From NCBI GenBank assembly GCA_048886185.1, contig JBHLKY010000005.1, forward strand, positions 1 to 32,000: a DNA stretch of 32,000 nt, given 5' to 3'. Position 1 is the stretch's first letter, and every line of letters begins with the position of its first letter. The translations under genes and the position numbers were made by a program. The stretch is from Candidatus Hermodarchaeota archaeon (GTDB lineage Archaea; Asgardarchaeota; Heimdallarchaeia; Hodarchaeales; Hodarchaeaceae). This document shows positions 7,563 through 17,460 of the stretch, in pieces. The notes under the pieces are model-generated. The model saw only the letters and a program-made list of their open reading frames with translations, was not told the DNA's origin and searched no databases.

Positions 7563-9020
7563 TTATTTTATCTCTAAAATATCCCGAACGAGATTGATTT
7601 TCTCCTCTAAGTTTCCCTGTCTTGCTATCATGATTCTTTGTGCCTCTGGGGAGCCAGCGCCATGCAGAGATTCTGTTTTATAACTTAAGGAAGCAAGTCC
7701 CATTGATAAATTTTCAATAAACCTTAAAACTTTGTATCGTGATTCAACAGGAACATTAACTGTAGTTGAAAGGTATTTTTTCATTATTTTTCCGATCTCC
7801 TCAGATTCGAAGTCAGCCTGAGACGGCATGGTGCATATAATTCCACCAGCTAGATCCTCAGCAAATCTTCCAATCAAATAAGGAAAACGTGTTACATTTT
7901 GTTTGTTGACATTAGCCAGAAGCATGTCCATCTCATAATTTCCAGCATCTCGTTGGAACCCTTCCGCACTACATGCGAGTGCGCAGCTATACAGGGTTTC
8001 GTTCAAATGAATCATTTCTACTATCTTATCTCGAATGTGAGAAGCTCTTTCAACCCCATTATATTTGGCAATTAATGCTGCTGCTCCGATAAGGACATCA
8101 CCAACTCCTGTCTTACATGCATATGATTGTCGGTGAAATCCTGCAAATCGATTTACAAGTTCTCCTGTAAATTCAATTTCACCTTTCATAAATATTTGTT
8201 TATTTGGAATAAAAACATCTTCAAAGATCACAAAAATTTCTTGGCCTCCATATTTCCAATTACCTACATCTAACTTCCCTTTATCTCCCTCCATTTTTCT
8301 TCTATCGCATGATTGCCTTCCATATACTAATGTGAGTCCCCTAGTATTTGTATCAACTCCAAAACTAACGGCATATTCCTCTTCACCAGCTCTTAAAGCA
8401 ATTGTTGGCATTATAATAGCTCGATGCGAGTTTAAAAATCCTGTTTGATGAATTTTAGCTCCACAAACAACGATTCCCTCGTCTGATTCATCCACAATAT
8501 GTAAATACTGATCTGGGTCATCTTGATCACCTGGTCTTTTTCCTCGATCGCCTTTTGTATCAGTCATTGACCCTGCAACCATAAGATCCCGGTTTTGAAC
8601 CTCAATCCAATATTCTTTGAACTGATTATGATATTTAGTGCCATATTTTTTATCGATCTCCCATGTTACGCTATATATCGCATTTGCAGCATCAAACCCA
8701 ACACAGCGTTGGAAACAGCAAGCAGTTTTCTGCCCAACAAGACGTTGCATTTTGATTTTAGCTATTAAATCTTCAACAGACTGATGAATGTGGGTAAATC
8801 GATTGATAACTTCCCCTGTTAGGTGAGATTTCGTGGTCATTAACTCTTTATATTCAGGTTGTTGAGCTAGTTCGTATATTTTACTTATAGTATTGATTGA
8901 AGGCTCTATGATTTTGAAATAAGGATGTTTCCAAAATTCTTTGATTTTTTCTCCAAACATATATAGATTAACTTCTCTTTTGATACTTTCGACATATTCA
9001 GAAGGTAATTTTAATGGCAT
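7563..9020 (-). CDS. abfD: 4-hydroxybutyryl-CoA dehydratase / vinylacetyl-CoA delta-isomerase (FAD, 4Fe-4S)
   Basis: CFQRCVGFDA (two cluster Cys), FHRQSYACKTGVGDVLIGAA (His and third Cys), MTDTKGDR, ESLHGAGSPEAQRI. 485 aa. Confidence 0.9.
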   Translation of the reverse strand: MPLKLPSEYVESIKREVNLYMFGEKIKEFWKHPYFKIIEPSINTISKIYELAQQPEYKELMTTKSHLTGEVINRFTHIHQSVEDLIAKIKMQRLVGQKTACCFQRCVGFDAANAIYSVTWEIDKKYGTKYHNQFKEYWIEVQNRDLMVAGSMTDTKGDRGKRPGDQDDPDQYLHIVDESDEGIVVCGAKIHQTGFLNSHRAIIMPTIALRAGEEEYAVSFGVDTNTRGLTLVYGRQSCDRRKMEGDKGKLDVGNWKYGGQEIFVIFEDVFIPNKQIFMKGEIEFTGELVNRFAGFHRQSYACKTGVGDVLIGAAALIAKYNGVERASHIRDKIVEMIHLNETLYSCALACSAEGFQRDAGNYEMDMLLANVNKQNVTRFPYLIGRFAEDLAGGIICTMPSQADFESEEIGKIMKKYLSTTVNVPVESRYKVLRFIENLSMGLASLSYKTESLHGAGSPEAQRIMIARQGNLEEKINLVRDILEIK

Positions 9021-9163
9021 TAGTTAACACCAGATTTTGATTATGTAAAAACTCAAATAAGAAGAAATTATAAGTGTATAACGTATATCATTGTTCTTTT
9101 TTTCATCAAAATTCAAGTCACACGGAATATTTTCCTCTTATATTTAATCGAGAGGTTCAAGAT

Positions 9164-10534
9164 ATGCATGTAAATAATCATAACCATATCACAGGCAAAG
9201 ATTTACTGAAAAAACTCTTCAAGCATCAAGAAGTAAGCTCCATTCCATGGGTTCCATTTGCAGGAGTACATGCAGGTTCTTTAAAGGGATATACAGCAAC
9301 TGAGATATTGACTGATGCAAACAAACTATTGGAGTGCTTAATTGAAGTCAATAAGCTTTATCATCCCGATGGTCAACCCATCATTTTTGATTTGCAAATT
9401 GAAGCAGAGGTTTTGGGGTGTAAGTTAAAATGGAGCGATAAGAGTCCCCCTATGGTAATAATGCACCCCTTAGAACATGATATTACAATACCATTTGAAG
9501 TCCCCCAAAAAACAGACGGTAGACTCCCCATGATACTTGAAGTTATGGAAAATTTTAGCCAAAGAGTCGGAGAAAAGACCGCTCTATTTGCACTTATTAC
9601 TGGGCCGTTAACCCTCGCCTCCCATCTTCGTGGAACTAATCTTTATTTAGATTTCTTCCAGAATAAGAATTTTGTGCATGAATTACTGGAATACACAACT
9701 CGAGTTTGTCTGAAAATGACAGAATTCTACAATGAGGCTGGGATGGATATTTTAGCGGTAGTAGATCCTGTTGTCTCACAGATCTCACCAAAAATGTTTG
9801 AAGAATTTTTATATGCACAATTCTTAGAGATATTTGATCAGATTAAAAAAGAAGGGCGATTTTCATCTTTCTTTGTGTGTGGAGATGCTACAAAAAATCT
9901 ACCACTAATTGCCGAAACAAAACCAGATTCTATGTTTGTGGATGAAAATATTGACATGGTAGGGGCAATGAAACTATTAAAGCCAAAAGGAATCATCCTT
10001 GGCGGAAATATACCTCTAGCTACAACTATGTTGTTTGGAACGCAACAAGATAACATGAAATACGTAGTTGATCTGATCGATAAAGTTGGAAAGAAAAATC
10101 TGATCATTGCTCCAGGATGTGATATGCCTTATGATGTTCCTCCTGATAATGTCATCGGAGTGTTTCAAGCCATAAAAGAACCTGAATTAATAAAGAAATC
10201 CTTAACTAATTATGAAACAGCTGAAATAGATATTGACGTTGAATTACCTGATTACAATAATCTCCCCAAACCTCTGATTGAAGTTTTCACCATAGATAGC
10301 TCAGTATGCGCCGCTTGTGGATACATGTTAGCTACTGCCTTAGATGCAAAAAAAGAATTTGGGGATAGAATTGATTTGGCTGAATATAGATTTATTAAAC
10401 GAGAGAGCGTAGCTCGTGCAAAAAAAATGGGTATTCAACATCTTCCCTGCATATTGATTAATGGTAAGTTAAAGTGGTCTTCCATTATTCCAAATAAAGA
10501 AGACCTAGTAAAGGAAATAATGAGATTTCTTTAA
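9164..10534 (+). CDS. Uroporphyrinogen decarboxylase / MtaA-CmuA family protein fused to a C-terminal thioredoxin-like domain
   Basis: PWVPFAGVHA, DLQIEAEVLG, GRLP, GPLTLASHLRG, LGGNIP, IAPGCDMP; C-terminal CAAC and HLPCILINGKL. Start ATG 9164 with GAGGT RBS; the ORF track starts at 9074. Confidence 0.85.
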   Translation: MHVNNHNHITGKDLLKKLFKHQEVSSIPWVPFAGVHAGSLKGYTATEILTDANKLLECLIEVNKLYHPDGQPIIFDLQIEAEVLGCKLKWSDKSPPMVIMHPLEHDITIPFEVPQKTDGRLPMILEVMENFSQRVGEKTALFALITGPLTLASHLRGTNLYLDFFQNKNFVHELLEYTTRVCLKMTEFYNEAGMDILAVVDPVVSQISPKMFEEFLYAQFLEIFDQIKKEGRFSSFFVCGDATKNLPLIAETKPDSMFVDENIDMVGAMKLLKPKGIILGGNIPLATTMLFGTQQDNMKYVVDLIDKVGKKNLIIAPGCDMPYDVPPDNVIGVFQAIKEPELIKKSLTNYETAEIDIDVELPDYNNLPKPLIEVFTIDSSVCAACGYMLATALDAKKEFGDRIDLAEYRFIKRESVARAKKMGIQHLPCILINGKLKWSSIIPNKEDLVKEIMRFL

Positions 10535-11466
10535 TGAAAGACAAGCAAATCCAGCTCTATTTAATCAATGGTTTTTTAGGTTCAGGTAAGACGACATTCA
10601 TTCTAAAATTATTATCATATTTTTCGATGAGAAAATGCGGAGTTCTAATGAATGAATATGGAAAAATTGGGATTGATGGGTTATTATTGCCACAGAAGGA
10701 TCTTGAGCTTATAGAAATTAATGGAGGATCCATATTTTGTCAATGTCGACATGATTTGTTTTTTGAAGCTTTGGTTCAATTTTCAACTACTCAGATAGAT
10801 ATACTGTTTATAGAGGCTTCTGGTCTTGCTGATCCTGCTACAATGGATGGGGATATCAGAACAATAAATATGAAAGTAGGAGGAAAATATAATTATGCAG
10901 GTAATATTTGTTTAGTAGATTCACAACATTTTTTGGAATTATTAGAAGTCGTACAAACAATTGAAAGGCAAATCCGTTACACATCAGTAGTAATTATCAA
11001 TAAAATCGATTTAGTAACCTCGCATCGTGTTTTAAAAATAAAAAATAAACTTCTCACAATAAATCATAGACTTCATATAATTCAAACAAGTTTTGGTAAT
11101 CTTACACAACAAGATAAGGTAAAATTATATTCTGAAAAAATTTTAACCCCAAAAAGTCCCCCAAGTCTGTGTGAAACAACAAAAAGTGCTAAAGACGTGA
11201 CTTTGATCGCCAATCATGAATTAGATGCATTAAAGATTCAAAAATTTTTTACTGAATTAGCTAGAGTGACTAGAAGGATGAAGGGATTTATTAAATTGAA
11301 GAAAACACAATGGTATTATTTGGATAGCGTTAATGGGAGTCTTTCATTATCAAAAACTAATTCTTCATATCAAAAAACAATGATTGTTGTTATTTTCAAG
11401 GAAGGAGTAAATAATGAGATCGTTACAATGGCACAGGATCAATGGAAATCTTTAACCAAATCTTAA
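10534..11466 (+). CDS. CobW/P47K (G3E) family GTPase, putative metallochaperone
   Basis: GFLGSGKTT Walker A, NEYGKIGID, GGSIFCQC metal motif, EASG, NKID, C-terminal RMKG. TAATG overlap with the upstream gene indicates translational coupling. Confidence 0.9.
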   Translation: MKDKQIQLYLINGFLGSGKTTFILKLLSYFSMRKCGVLMNEYGKIGIDGLLLPQKDLELIEINGGSIFCQCRHDLFFEALVQFSTTQIDILFIEASGLADPATMDGDIRTINMKVGGKYNYAGNICLVDSQHFLELLEVVQTIERQIRYTSVVIINKIDLVTSHRVLKIKNKLLTINHRLHIIQTSFGNLTQQDKVKLYSEKILTPKSPPSLCETTKSAKDVTLIANHELDALKIQKFFTELARVTRRMKGFIKLKKTQWYYLDSVNGSLSLSKTNSSYQKTMIVVIFKEGVNNEIVTMAQDQWKSLTKS

Positions 11467-11520
11467 CTTAATTTAAACAGAGAAATTCTAATATAAATCC
11501 TTTATGAATCAGACTAAGAT

Positions 11521-12285
11521 TTATTTATTCATAAAATAGTTAAAGTCATCACAACGGAGTGGAACGGGAGATACGAGATGTTCTGCATATTCTACTCCTA
11601 TACGTGATCCAAGGGTCTTATTCCAAGTAAGCAACATAGAAGGAAAGTGTGAAATTTGAGTAGTTTTACTTGGTACAAAACCTTGAGATTTGTATACTAG
11701 AATTGCTTTTTCTTTTAGGTCAACATAATTAGTGATGTCTATGAAAAAGGATGTGTATCCTTCAGGATGTAAATCTATAAATCGAACTGGAAAATATAAT
11801 AATGAATTAATACGGTGAACAGGTAAATTGTTAAAATATTTATCCCATTTAGTCAATCTAGAATAAAATATTGCAGCCTCCACAATTTGTTGTGCTTGAT
11901 AATGATCAGGAGAGGCCATTAAAGTTTTTCCATACATTGAAATAACTACTTTAGGGCGCCATTTTCGAAAAACTATTGCTAATTTACAACGTGTTTCGAA
12001 AGTATCAAAAAGTTGCCGATTTGGGAGATCTAATGTGATCCTCTCTGCTCCCAGAATGCGAGCTGCTTCTTGAGCCTCCTTTAATCTTCTTTCAGCGTAA
12101 TCGGGGTCATAATCATCAGGAGAGCGGTATTTTTCGTTCTTAGGTGTTGGTTCTGCATTGGTTAAATCAATTATCCCAGTTCTTAGACCGCTCTTTGATA
12201 ATTTTGCAATTGTTCCCCCAATTCCTAGTTCAACATCATCAGGATGCGGGCCTACTGCTACAACTTCAACTGGTTCGTCATTCAT
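11521..12285 (-). CDS. PIG-L / LmbE family deacetylase (BshB1-like)
   Basis: VGPHPDDVELGIGGT zinc motif, R..EAQEAARILG, SPDH second metal His, GVEYAE at the C-terminus. Confidence 0.88.
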   Translation of the reverse strand: MNDEPVEVVAVGPHPDDVELGIGGTIAKLSKSGLRTGIIDLTNAEPTPKNEKYRSPDDYDPDYAERRLKEAQEAARILGAERITLDLPNRQLFDTFETRCKLAIVFRKWRPKVVISMYGKTLMASPDHYQAQQIVEAAIFYSRLTKWDKYFNNLPVHRINSLLYFPVRFIDLHPEGYTSFFIDITNYVDLKEKAILVYKSQGFVPSKTTQISHFPSMLLTWNKTLGSRIGVEYAEHLVSPVPLRCDDFNYFMNK

Positions 12286-12365
12286 TCTACATCAACCTTC
12301 TTAGCAAAATATTCAAAAAACTCAATAAATGTCCATCGAAAATGGTAAAAGCCTATTACCTTTAA

Positions 12366-13370
12366 TTATTCACGATCAATAATATCAATGTCAGCAGGTC
12401 CAGTACCTATAAAATGGAATTTCATATTTATCTGTTCTTCAATTTCATTTATCCACTTCTTAGTTTTGGATTCTAAATCGTCATATTGTTGTTGTCTTTT
12501 CTCATGGGGGAAAACTACATCCAATTTTGTCAAAGCAAGTTTCGTTGCACCATTCAACATAATACTTCGCTTTGCTAGATCTATATTAAAAGGCGCAGCC
12601 CTACGTAGACGTCCAGTAACTGTACCATGTTCAATCCATCCCCTTTTTCGTGTTTCCTCTTCAGATAATTGGTTGGGTAACGGTCCCTCACCAACACGAG
12701 TGACATATGCTTTGAAAACAAGAATTACATCAGTGATTTTGGTTGGTCCTATTCCAACATCAGCACATATGGATGAAGCAGTCACATCTTTTGATGTAAC
12801 AAAAGGATAAGTACCATGGAATAGAGATAAGTGAGTTGCTTGTGTTCCTTCAACTAATACAGACTCATCTCTTTCAATTGCCATATTAATTTCTTTAGGA
12901 ACATCCAAAAGATATGGTTGTAATACTTCTATATCTTTTGCTAGATCTAAAACACGACGAACACGATCTTGGTTTGCAGGGCCTGTTCCTGCTCCAGAAG
13001 TTCCAACTGTTTGAGTTAAATGTTTATCAGTTGTATCAATCTCAATATGTCTAGGAGATATTATACCACATTGGGGATCAACAAATGAAATTCCTTCAGT
13101 ATTTGTTATTTTAATTTCTTTTAAAAAGATCTCTGGATTTACAAGTACACCAGGTCCGATGAGGAGTTTTTCAACATATGAACTCCCTATCCCTGATGGG
13201 ATCATTCGAAGCTTGTATTCTGTATCATTTACCACTATCGTGTGTCCAGCATTTGGCCCAACACCTCCCTTGGCAACAACCTTGGCCTTTCGTTTATTAA
13301 CAAGATAGCTGATTATTTTTCCTTTCCCCTCATCTCCCCAAAATCCACCACATACAACATCACATGTCAA
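12366..13370 (-). CDS. purA: Adenylosuccinate synthetase (short archaeal type)
   Basis: GGFWGDEGKGK, GPNAGHT, EGTQ, GTYPFVTS, KAYVTRVGEGP, GTVTGRLRR, TKLD. 334 aa; TTG start. Confidence 0.97.
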   Translation of the reverse strand: MTCDVVCGGFWGDEGKGKIISYLVNKRKAKVVAKGGVGPNAGHTIVVNDTEYKLRMIPSGIGSSYVEKLLIGPGVLVNPEIFLKEIKITNTEGISFVDPQCGIISPRHIEIDTTDKHLTQTVGTSGAGTGPANQDRVRRVLDLAKDIEVLQPYLLDVPKEINMAIERDESVLVEGTQATHLSLFHGTYPFVTSKDVTASSICADVGIGPTKITDVILVFKAYVTRVGEGPLPNQLSEEETRKRGWIEHGTVTGRLRRAAPFNIDLAKRSIMLNGATKLALTKLDVVFPHEKRQQQYDDLESKTKKWINEIEEQINMKFHFIGTGPADIDIIDRE

Positions 13371-13478
13371 TTTGGATCAAACTCCGTTGATTTTCTTTAT
13401 TAAAAAAATTTTATTGTTAAAAAGTTCTTAACGGATTTTTTTTTTATTTTTTTTATACTTTTATGTTATAATTACTCC

Positions 13479-13492
13479 TTTTATATATAAAA
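13479..13492. promoter_or_regulatory. Palindromic TATA-box candidate between divergent purA and purB
   Basis: Perfect palindrome ttttatatataaaa, reading TTTATATA on both strands within the 173-bp divergent gap. Confidence 0.45.
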
Positions 13493-13543
13493 AACTTTAT
13501 GTGTTATTTTTTCACAAATTAATCATGAATCACATATATTTCT

Positions 13544-14869
13544 GTGGCATTTACCATGACATCATTTCCTTTTGACCGTTATCGGACATCTATTGCTAAT
13601 ATTTTTGAGGAAGAAAAGCAATTAGAACTCCAACTTTTGGTCCAACGAATATTAGCTAAAGCTAACGCTGATTTTGGGAAGATTCCACTAGAAGCTGCTG
13701 AAGAAATTGAAAAGCTAGTCAGACCCGAGTATATATCATTAAAAAGAGTAAAAGAATTAGAAAAACAGACTCAACATGATCTTTATAGTGTTGTACTAGC
13801 TGCCACAGAGGCATGTCCAAATTATGGGCAATTTATTCATCTTGGAGCCACATCCAGCGATATTCAAGATACAGTCACAGCTCTACAACTTAAGGAAGCC
13901 AAAATCATTATCTTAAACCATATAGATGATTTATTACTCATCTTGATCAGTCTAGCTAAAAAGTATAGGGATCTTGTCTGCATTGGACGAACTCATGGAA
14001 AACATGCAATTCCAACGACTTATGGGTTCAAATTTGCTAATTTTCTCAATGAATTATATATGGCTAGAGAACACCTAAAAAATACCACAATTTATGGAAA
14101 ACTTTCTGGCGCTGTAGGTACCTATTCTGCTTATGGTACCAATGAAATTGAAAGGTATGTAATGCAGAATTTAGGATTAAACGCACCAATTATTACGACT
14201 CAAGTCGTACCTAGACTCACATATTTTCATTTTATTTCTAGCATGCTTGAAACCGTTGGAGTACTTGATAAATTAGCTAAAGAATTGAGGAATCTCCAAA
14301 GAACGGAGATTGGAGAAATTAAAGAAAAATTCGGGCGTAAACAAGTTGGGTCATCCACGATGCCCCAAAAAGAAAATCCCTGGAGATTGGAAAGGATTTG
14401 TGGAATTGCTCGTTTTTTACGTTCCCTTCTTCCTCCAGCATTAGAAAATGTCTCATTAGAGCACGAGAGAGATATGTCTAATTCCAGCACAGAAAGATTA
14501 ATCCTAACTCAAGTTATTACACTAACAGATTTCATCCTTATAGAGATGGCAAAAATTCTACCAGGATTAACAATTATTAAAGAAAAAGTTGAAAAAAACT
14601 TATACTTGTTAGATGGGCGTCAGTGCAGTGAGAGGCTATTAATGGAAATTACAAAATCAGTAGGAAGGCAAAAAGGTCATGAAATATTGCGTGAACTAAC
14701 GAGAGAAGACGACTTTAAAGACGCTGTAAAAAATCATCCTCAAATCAGGGAATTGTTATCTGATAAAGAAATAGAGGATTTCTTGGATCCAATAAATTAT
14801 ATTGGCTTAGCCCCTGAAACAGTGGATCTAGTTATTGGCATAATAGAAGAAAAGATCCTCACAAAATAA
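13544..14869 (+). CDS. purB: Adenylosuccinate lyase
   Basis: HLGATSSDIQDT, GRTHGKHA, KLSGAVGT, signature GSSTMPQKENP, EHERDMSNSS. Alternative start ATG 13556. Confidence 0.97.
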   Translation: MAFTMTSFPFDRYRTSIANIFEEEKQLELQLLVQRILAKANADFGKIPLEAAEEIEKLVRPEYISLKRVKELEKQTQHDLYSVVLAATEACPNYGQFIHLGATSSDIQDTVTALQLKEAKIIILNHIDDLLLILISLAKKYRDLVCIGRTHGKHAIPTTYGFKFANFLNELYMAREHLKNTTIYGKLSGAVGTYSAYGTNEIERYVMQNLGLNAPIITTQVVPRLTYFHFISSMLETVGVLDKLAKELRNLQRTEIGEIKEKFGRKQVGSSTMPQKENPWRLERICGIARFLRSLLPPALENVSLEHERDMSNSSTERLILTQVITLTDFILIEMAKILPGLTIIKEKVEKNLYLLDGRQCSERLLMEITKSVGRQKGHEILRELTREDDFKDAVKNHPQIRELLSDKEIEDFLDPINYIGLAPETVDLVIGIIEEKILTK

Positions 14870-14882
14870 TTTAGGTTAAGAA

Positions 14883-15503
14883 CTAAACACGCTTTTTTAG
14901 TATTGCCATAAATTGATTTATTGAAATTTCAGGAAGACCAGCCTCTTCAAGGAAAAACCTTCTTGCTTCCGTTTCATCCATTTTTCTAGTTCTTAATTGT
15001 TCTGACATGAATTCATAACGTTCATGAGGAAAAATAATCCAACTCTCAGTTTCCTCGACATAATACCGAGGTTTAACTGTAGACCATGGCTTGTAATACA
15101 AGGTTCCAATCCGAACTTCAAGAGGTTTCTTCATATTCAAATATGTCAAAGCAAAGTCTAGAGATATCCCACTATCGGCAACATCATCAATTAATAGAAT
15201 TTTTTTGCCATGTATATGTCCAGGGAGATCTTGATATATGATTGGTTCTTTTTCTGTCTTCCCCACCCCAGAATAAAATCCTATCTGCATTATTGCCAAA
15301 GTTGGTTTTTCAAATTCGCATAAATATAGATCACTAATAATCCTGGCTGGAACAAGACCTCCTCTACTAATTCCAGCAATAATATCTGGGGAGAAATTGT
15401 CCTCTCTAACTAAAGAATAAAGCTGGACGGTTAAAGATTCAATAAAATCCCATGAAGGTGCTTTGAAAGTAAGTTTGTTTGAGTCCAAGTCAGTGTTCTC
15501 CAA
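14883..15503 (-). CDS. Type I phosphoribosyltransferase (probable purine PRTase, hypoxanthine/xanthine-guanine type)
   Basis: GISRGGLVPA, PRPP-binding LLIDDVADSGISL, WIIFPHE; adjacent to purA/purB. Confidence 0.88.
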   Translation of the reverse strand: MENTDLDSNKLTFKAPSWDFIESLTVQLYSLVREDNFSPDIIAGISRGGLVPARIISDLYLCEFEKPTLAIMQIGFYSGVGKTEKEPIIYQDLPGHIHGKKILLIDDVADSGISLDFALTYLNMKKPLEVRIGTLYYKPWSTVKPRYYVEETESWIIFPHERYEFMSEQLRTRKMDETEARRFFLEEAGLPEISINQFMAILKKRV

Positions 15504-16004
15504 TATATTTTCATGCGATCTTCATTTACAGTTTTCTGATCAAGGAACTTCAGATAAATATGAATCTTTTATTTTTACCTAAGATTAATTTTAGTTATGG
15601 ATTATTTCTTTTTTTCAGTAGATGTTTCGGTATTAAAAGGATACTACTCATTGCAATATTTTTACTATTTATTTTTTCTTTTAAAATTATAGAAGTTATT
15701 CGTTGTTATGTATATAATAAACTCATGTTAGATTATTTTGGGTTCTTAGAAAATTACATTTCTATTGTAATTGTTAATTATAAAAATTCAACGATAATGG
15801 ATTGTAAAATTAAACTTATTTTTCCTTAAATGAGCTCCGAAGAGACAATACTGTTAATGAAGTCTTAAGAACTATAATACTCATTTATGGATAGAAGAAT
15901 AACATATAAGTATGTGGTGAACTGTGAGAATTAACGTTATAATACGCCATCACAAGAAATATAATTAACATATAAAAGCATACAAGGTAGAAGAAGGAAT
16001 TTTC

Positions 16005-17072
16005 TTGGATCCTAAAGAAAGAAAAGAAATAATTGTGGGACCAGCGATTGTAGCTGTTGCCAATGCTGCGCGAGCGTTTGATGCTCCTGTTAGATATCCA
16101 TTAATATTAAAGAATTTTACTCTTGATGTTTCCAATCTAATGGTCTCTTCCCGTTCAATCTTTATTGTCCTTATCGAGCATATTGTGGGAACAGTGATTA
16201 TGAGTATTCTTTTAGCCTCAAAAAAGACGCGTCAACGTTTTTACGAGCAGTTCCAATCTTTTGAGAGGCGTGATTGGCTCTCATTCTTTCTAGTTTCTAT
16301 GGGATCAGGACTAGGGCTTTATTTCTTTATGTTAGCACTTGCTTATGGAAATCCGACTGTAGCAATTCTTTTACAAAAAAGTCAGCCCTTAATCACCTTA
16401 CTATTTGCAATGTTGATAATCCATGAAAGACCAACTAAATTCTACTATCTAGCGCTCATTGCATCACTTGTGGGAATTTATTTCATGGTTTTCGAATCAT
16501 TTGGCCAAGAATCTTCAAATCAGCTATTGGCAGCGATATTCTCATTGATTGCAGCAGTTTTTTGGGGATCAAATACAGTATGGGGTCGAATCCTTACAGA
16601 AAAAGTAGATTATTGGAACTTAACAGCATTAAGGTATGTTGGGGGTACAATCTTACTTATAGGTTTTAATTTCCTGGTTGGAGCATATACATCTCAAAAT
16701 TTTACTCTATTAAGCGAGACTATCAATACTTTTTGGGTACCTTGGCCTAGGGAACTTTTATCTGCAGATTTTCAAATTCTCATGAATGCTTTAATTGCGA
16801 TAATCTTGGTCACTATTTTTACTGGAGGAATTATTCCCCTGTCACTATATTATTTTGGCCTTCGATGGTCCAGAGCATCCGTTGGTGGACTAGCTGAACT
16901 AGCTTTCCCCCTTCTAGCAATTTTTGTGAATTTCATTTTTCTAGGTTTTGGATTAACTGATTACCAGATTATTGGCGCTATAATTTTACTCACCGTGGTA
17001 TCTGTTATGTCTTACGTGAATAGAAAGGAATTTGAAAAAGAAGAAGTGAGTACATCAATTGAATCTGGTTAG
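16005..17072 (+). CDS. DMT/EamA family transporter
   Basis: About 10 TM helices in two repeats; AILLQKSQPLITLLFA, AAVFWGSNTVWGR, LAELAFPLLA, QIIGA are typical EamA features. Confidence 0.9.
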   Translation: MDPKERKEIIVGPAIVAVANAARAFDAPVRYPLILKNFTLDVSNLMVSSRSIFIVLIEHIVGTVIMSILLASKKTRQRFYEQFQSFERRDWLSFFLVSMGSGLGLYFFMLALAYGNPTVAILLQKSQPLITLLFAMLIIHERPTKFYYLALIASLVGIYFMVFESFGQESSNQLLAAIFSLIAAVFWGSNTVWGRILTEKVDYWNLTALRYVGGTILLIGFNFLVGAYTSQNFTLLSETINTFWVPWPRELLSADFQILMNALIAIILVTIFTGGIIPLSLYYFGLRWSRASVGGLAELAFPLLAIFVNFIFLGFGLTDYQIIGAIILLTVVSVMSYVNRKEFEKEEVSTSIESG

Positions 17073-17112
17073 TAGGAATCAATAGAAAGCGAAAAGCTCA
17101 TACAGAGATTGT

Positions 17113-17460
17113 TTATTCAACTAGAAGTTTTAAATTATTATTCTTCCTCTGTAAATTGTTCATTTTTTTTTTACTTGAGCTTTCTATAGATAACGTATTA
17201 TCATTTGTTGGTTGAGGGAGTAATCCCCAAATCTGAAACGTTACAAGAAGTGCTAAGATGGTTCCCAAGAGAGGAAGATCATATAAGAAAGTATCCCACC
17301 ATGTGTTTTCATCAATTAACAAATTAAAAAAATTCGCTAGCACAAAGAAAAATAGCCAAAGAAATATTCCTGTAATAATACCCACAAGAGTGCGTCTCAG
17401 GAGAGTTTTTTGGTAAAAACTAATAAAGTTTTTAGTAAGCACTGAAATTTGATCTTTCAT
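17113..17460 (-). CDS. Hypothetical two-TM membrane protein
   Basis: Two hydrophobic segments and a basic C-terminal tail; ATG start; no family recognised. Confidence 0.6.
   Translation of the reverse strand: MKDQISVLTKNFISFYQKTLLRRTLVGIITGIFLWLFFFVLANFFNLLIDENTWWDTFLYDLPLLGTILALLVTFQIWGLLPQPTNDNTLSIESSSKKKMNNLQRKNNNLKLLVE

Noticed and set aside
5760-14490. ORFs 5760-6005, 9636-9818, 9838-10107, 12144-12365, 12388-12810 and 14227-14490
   Set aside because: All lie antisense to well-supported enzyme genes.
15479-15829. 116-aa hydrophobic + strand ORF
   Set aside because: Extremely AT-rich F/I/L/K composition, overlaps the PRTase start, no RBS; most likely the divergent promoter region.
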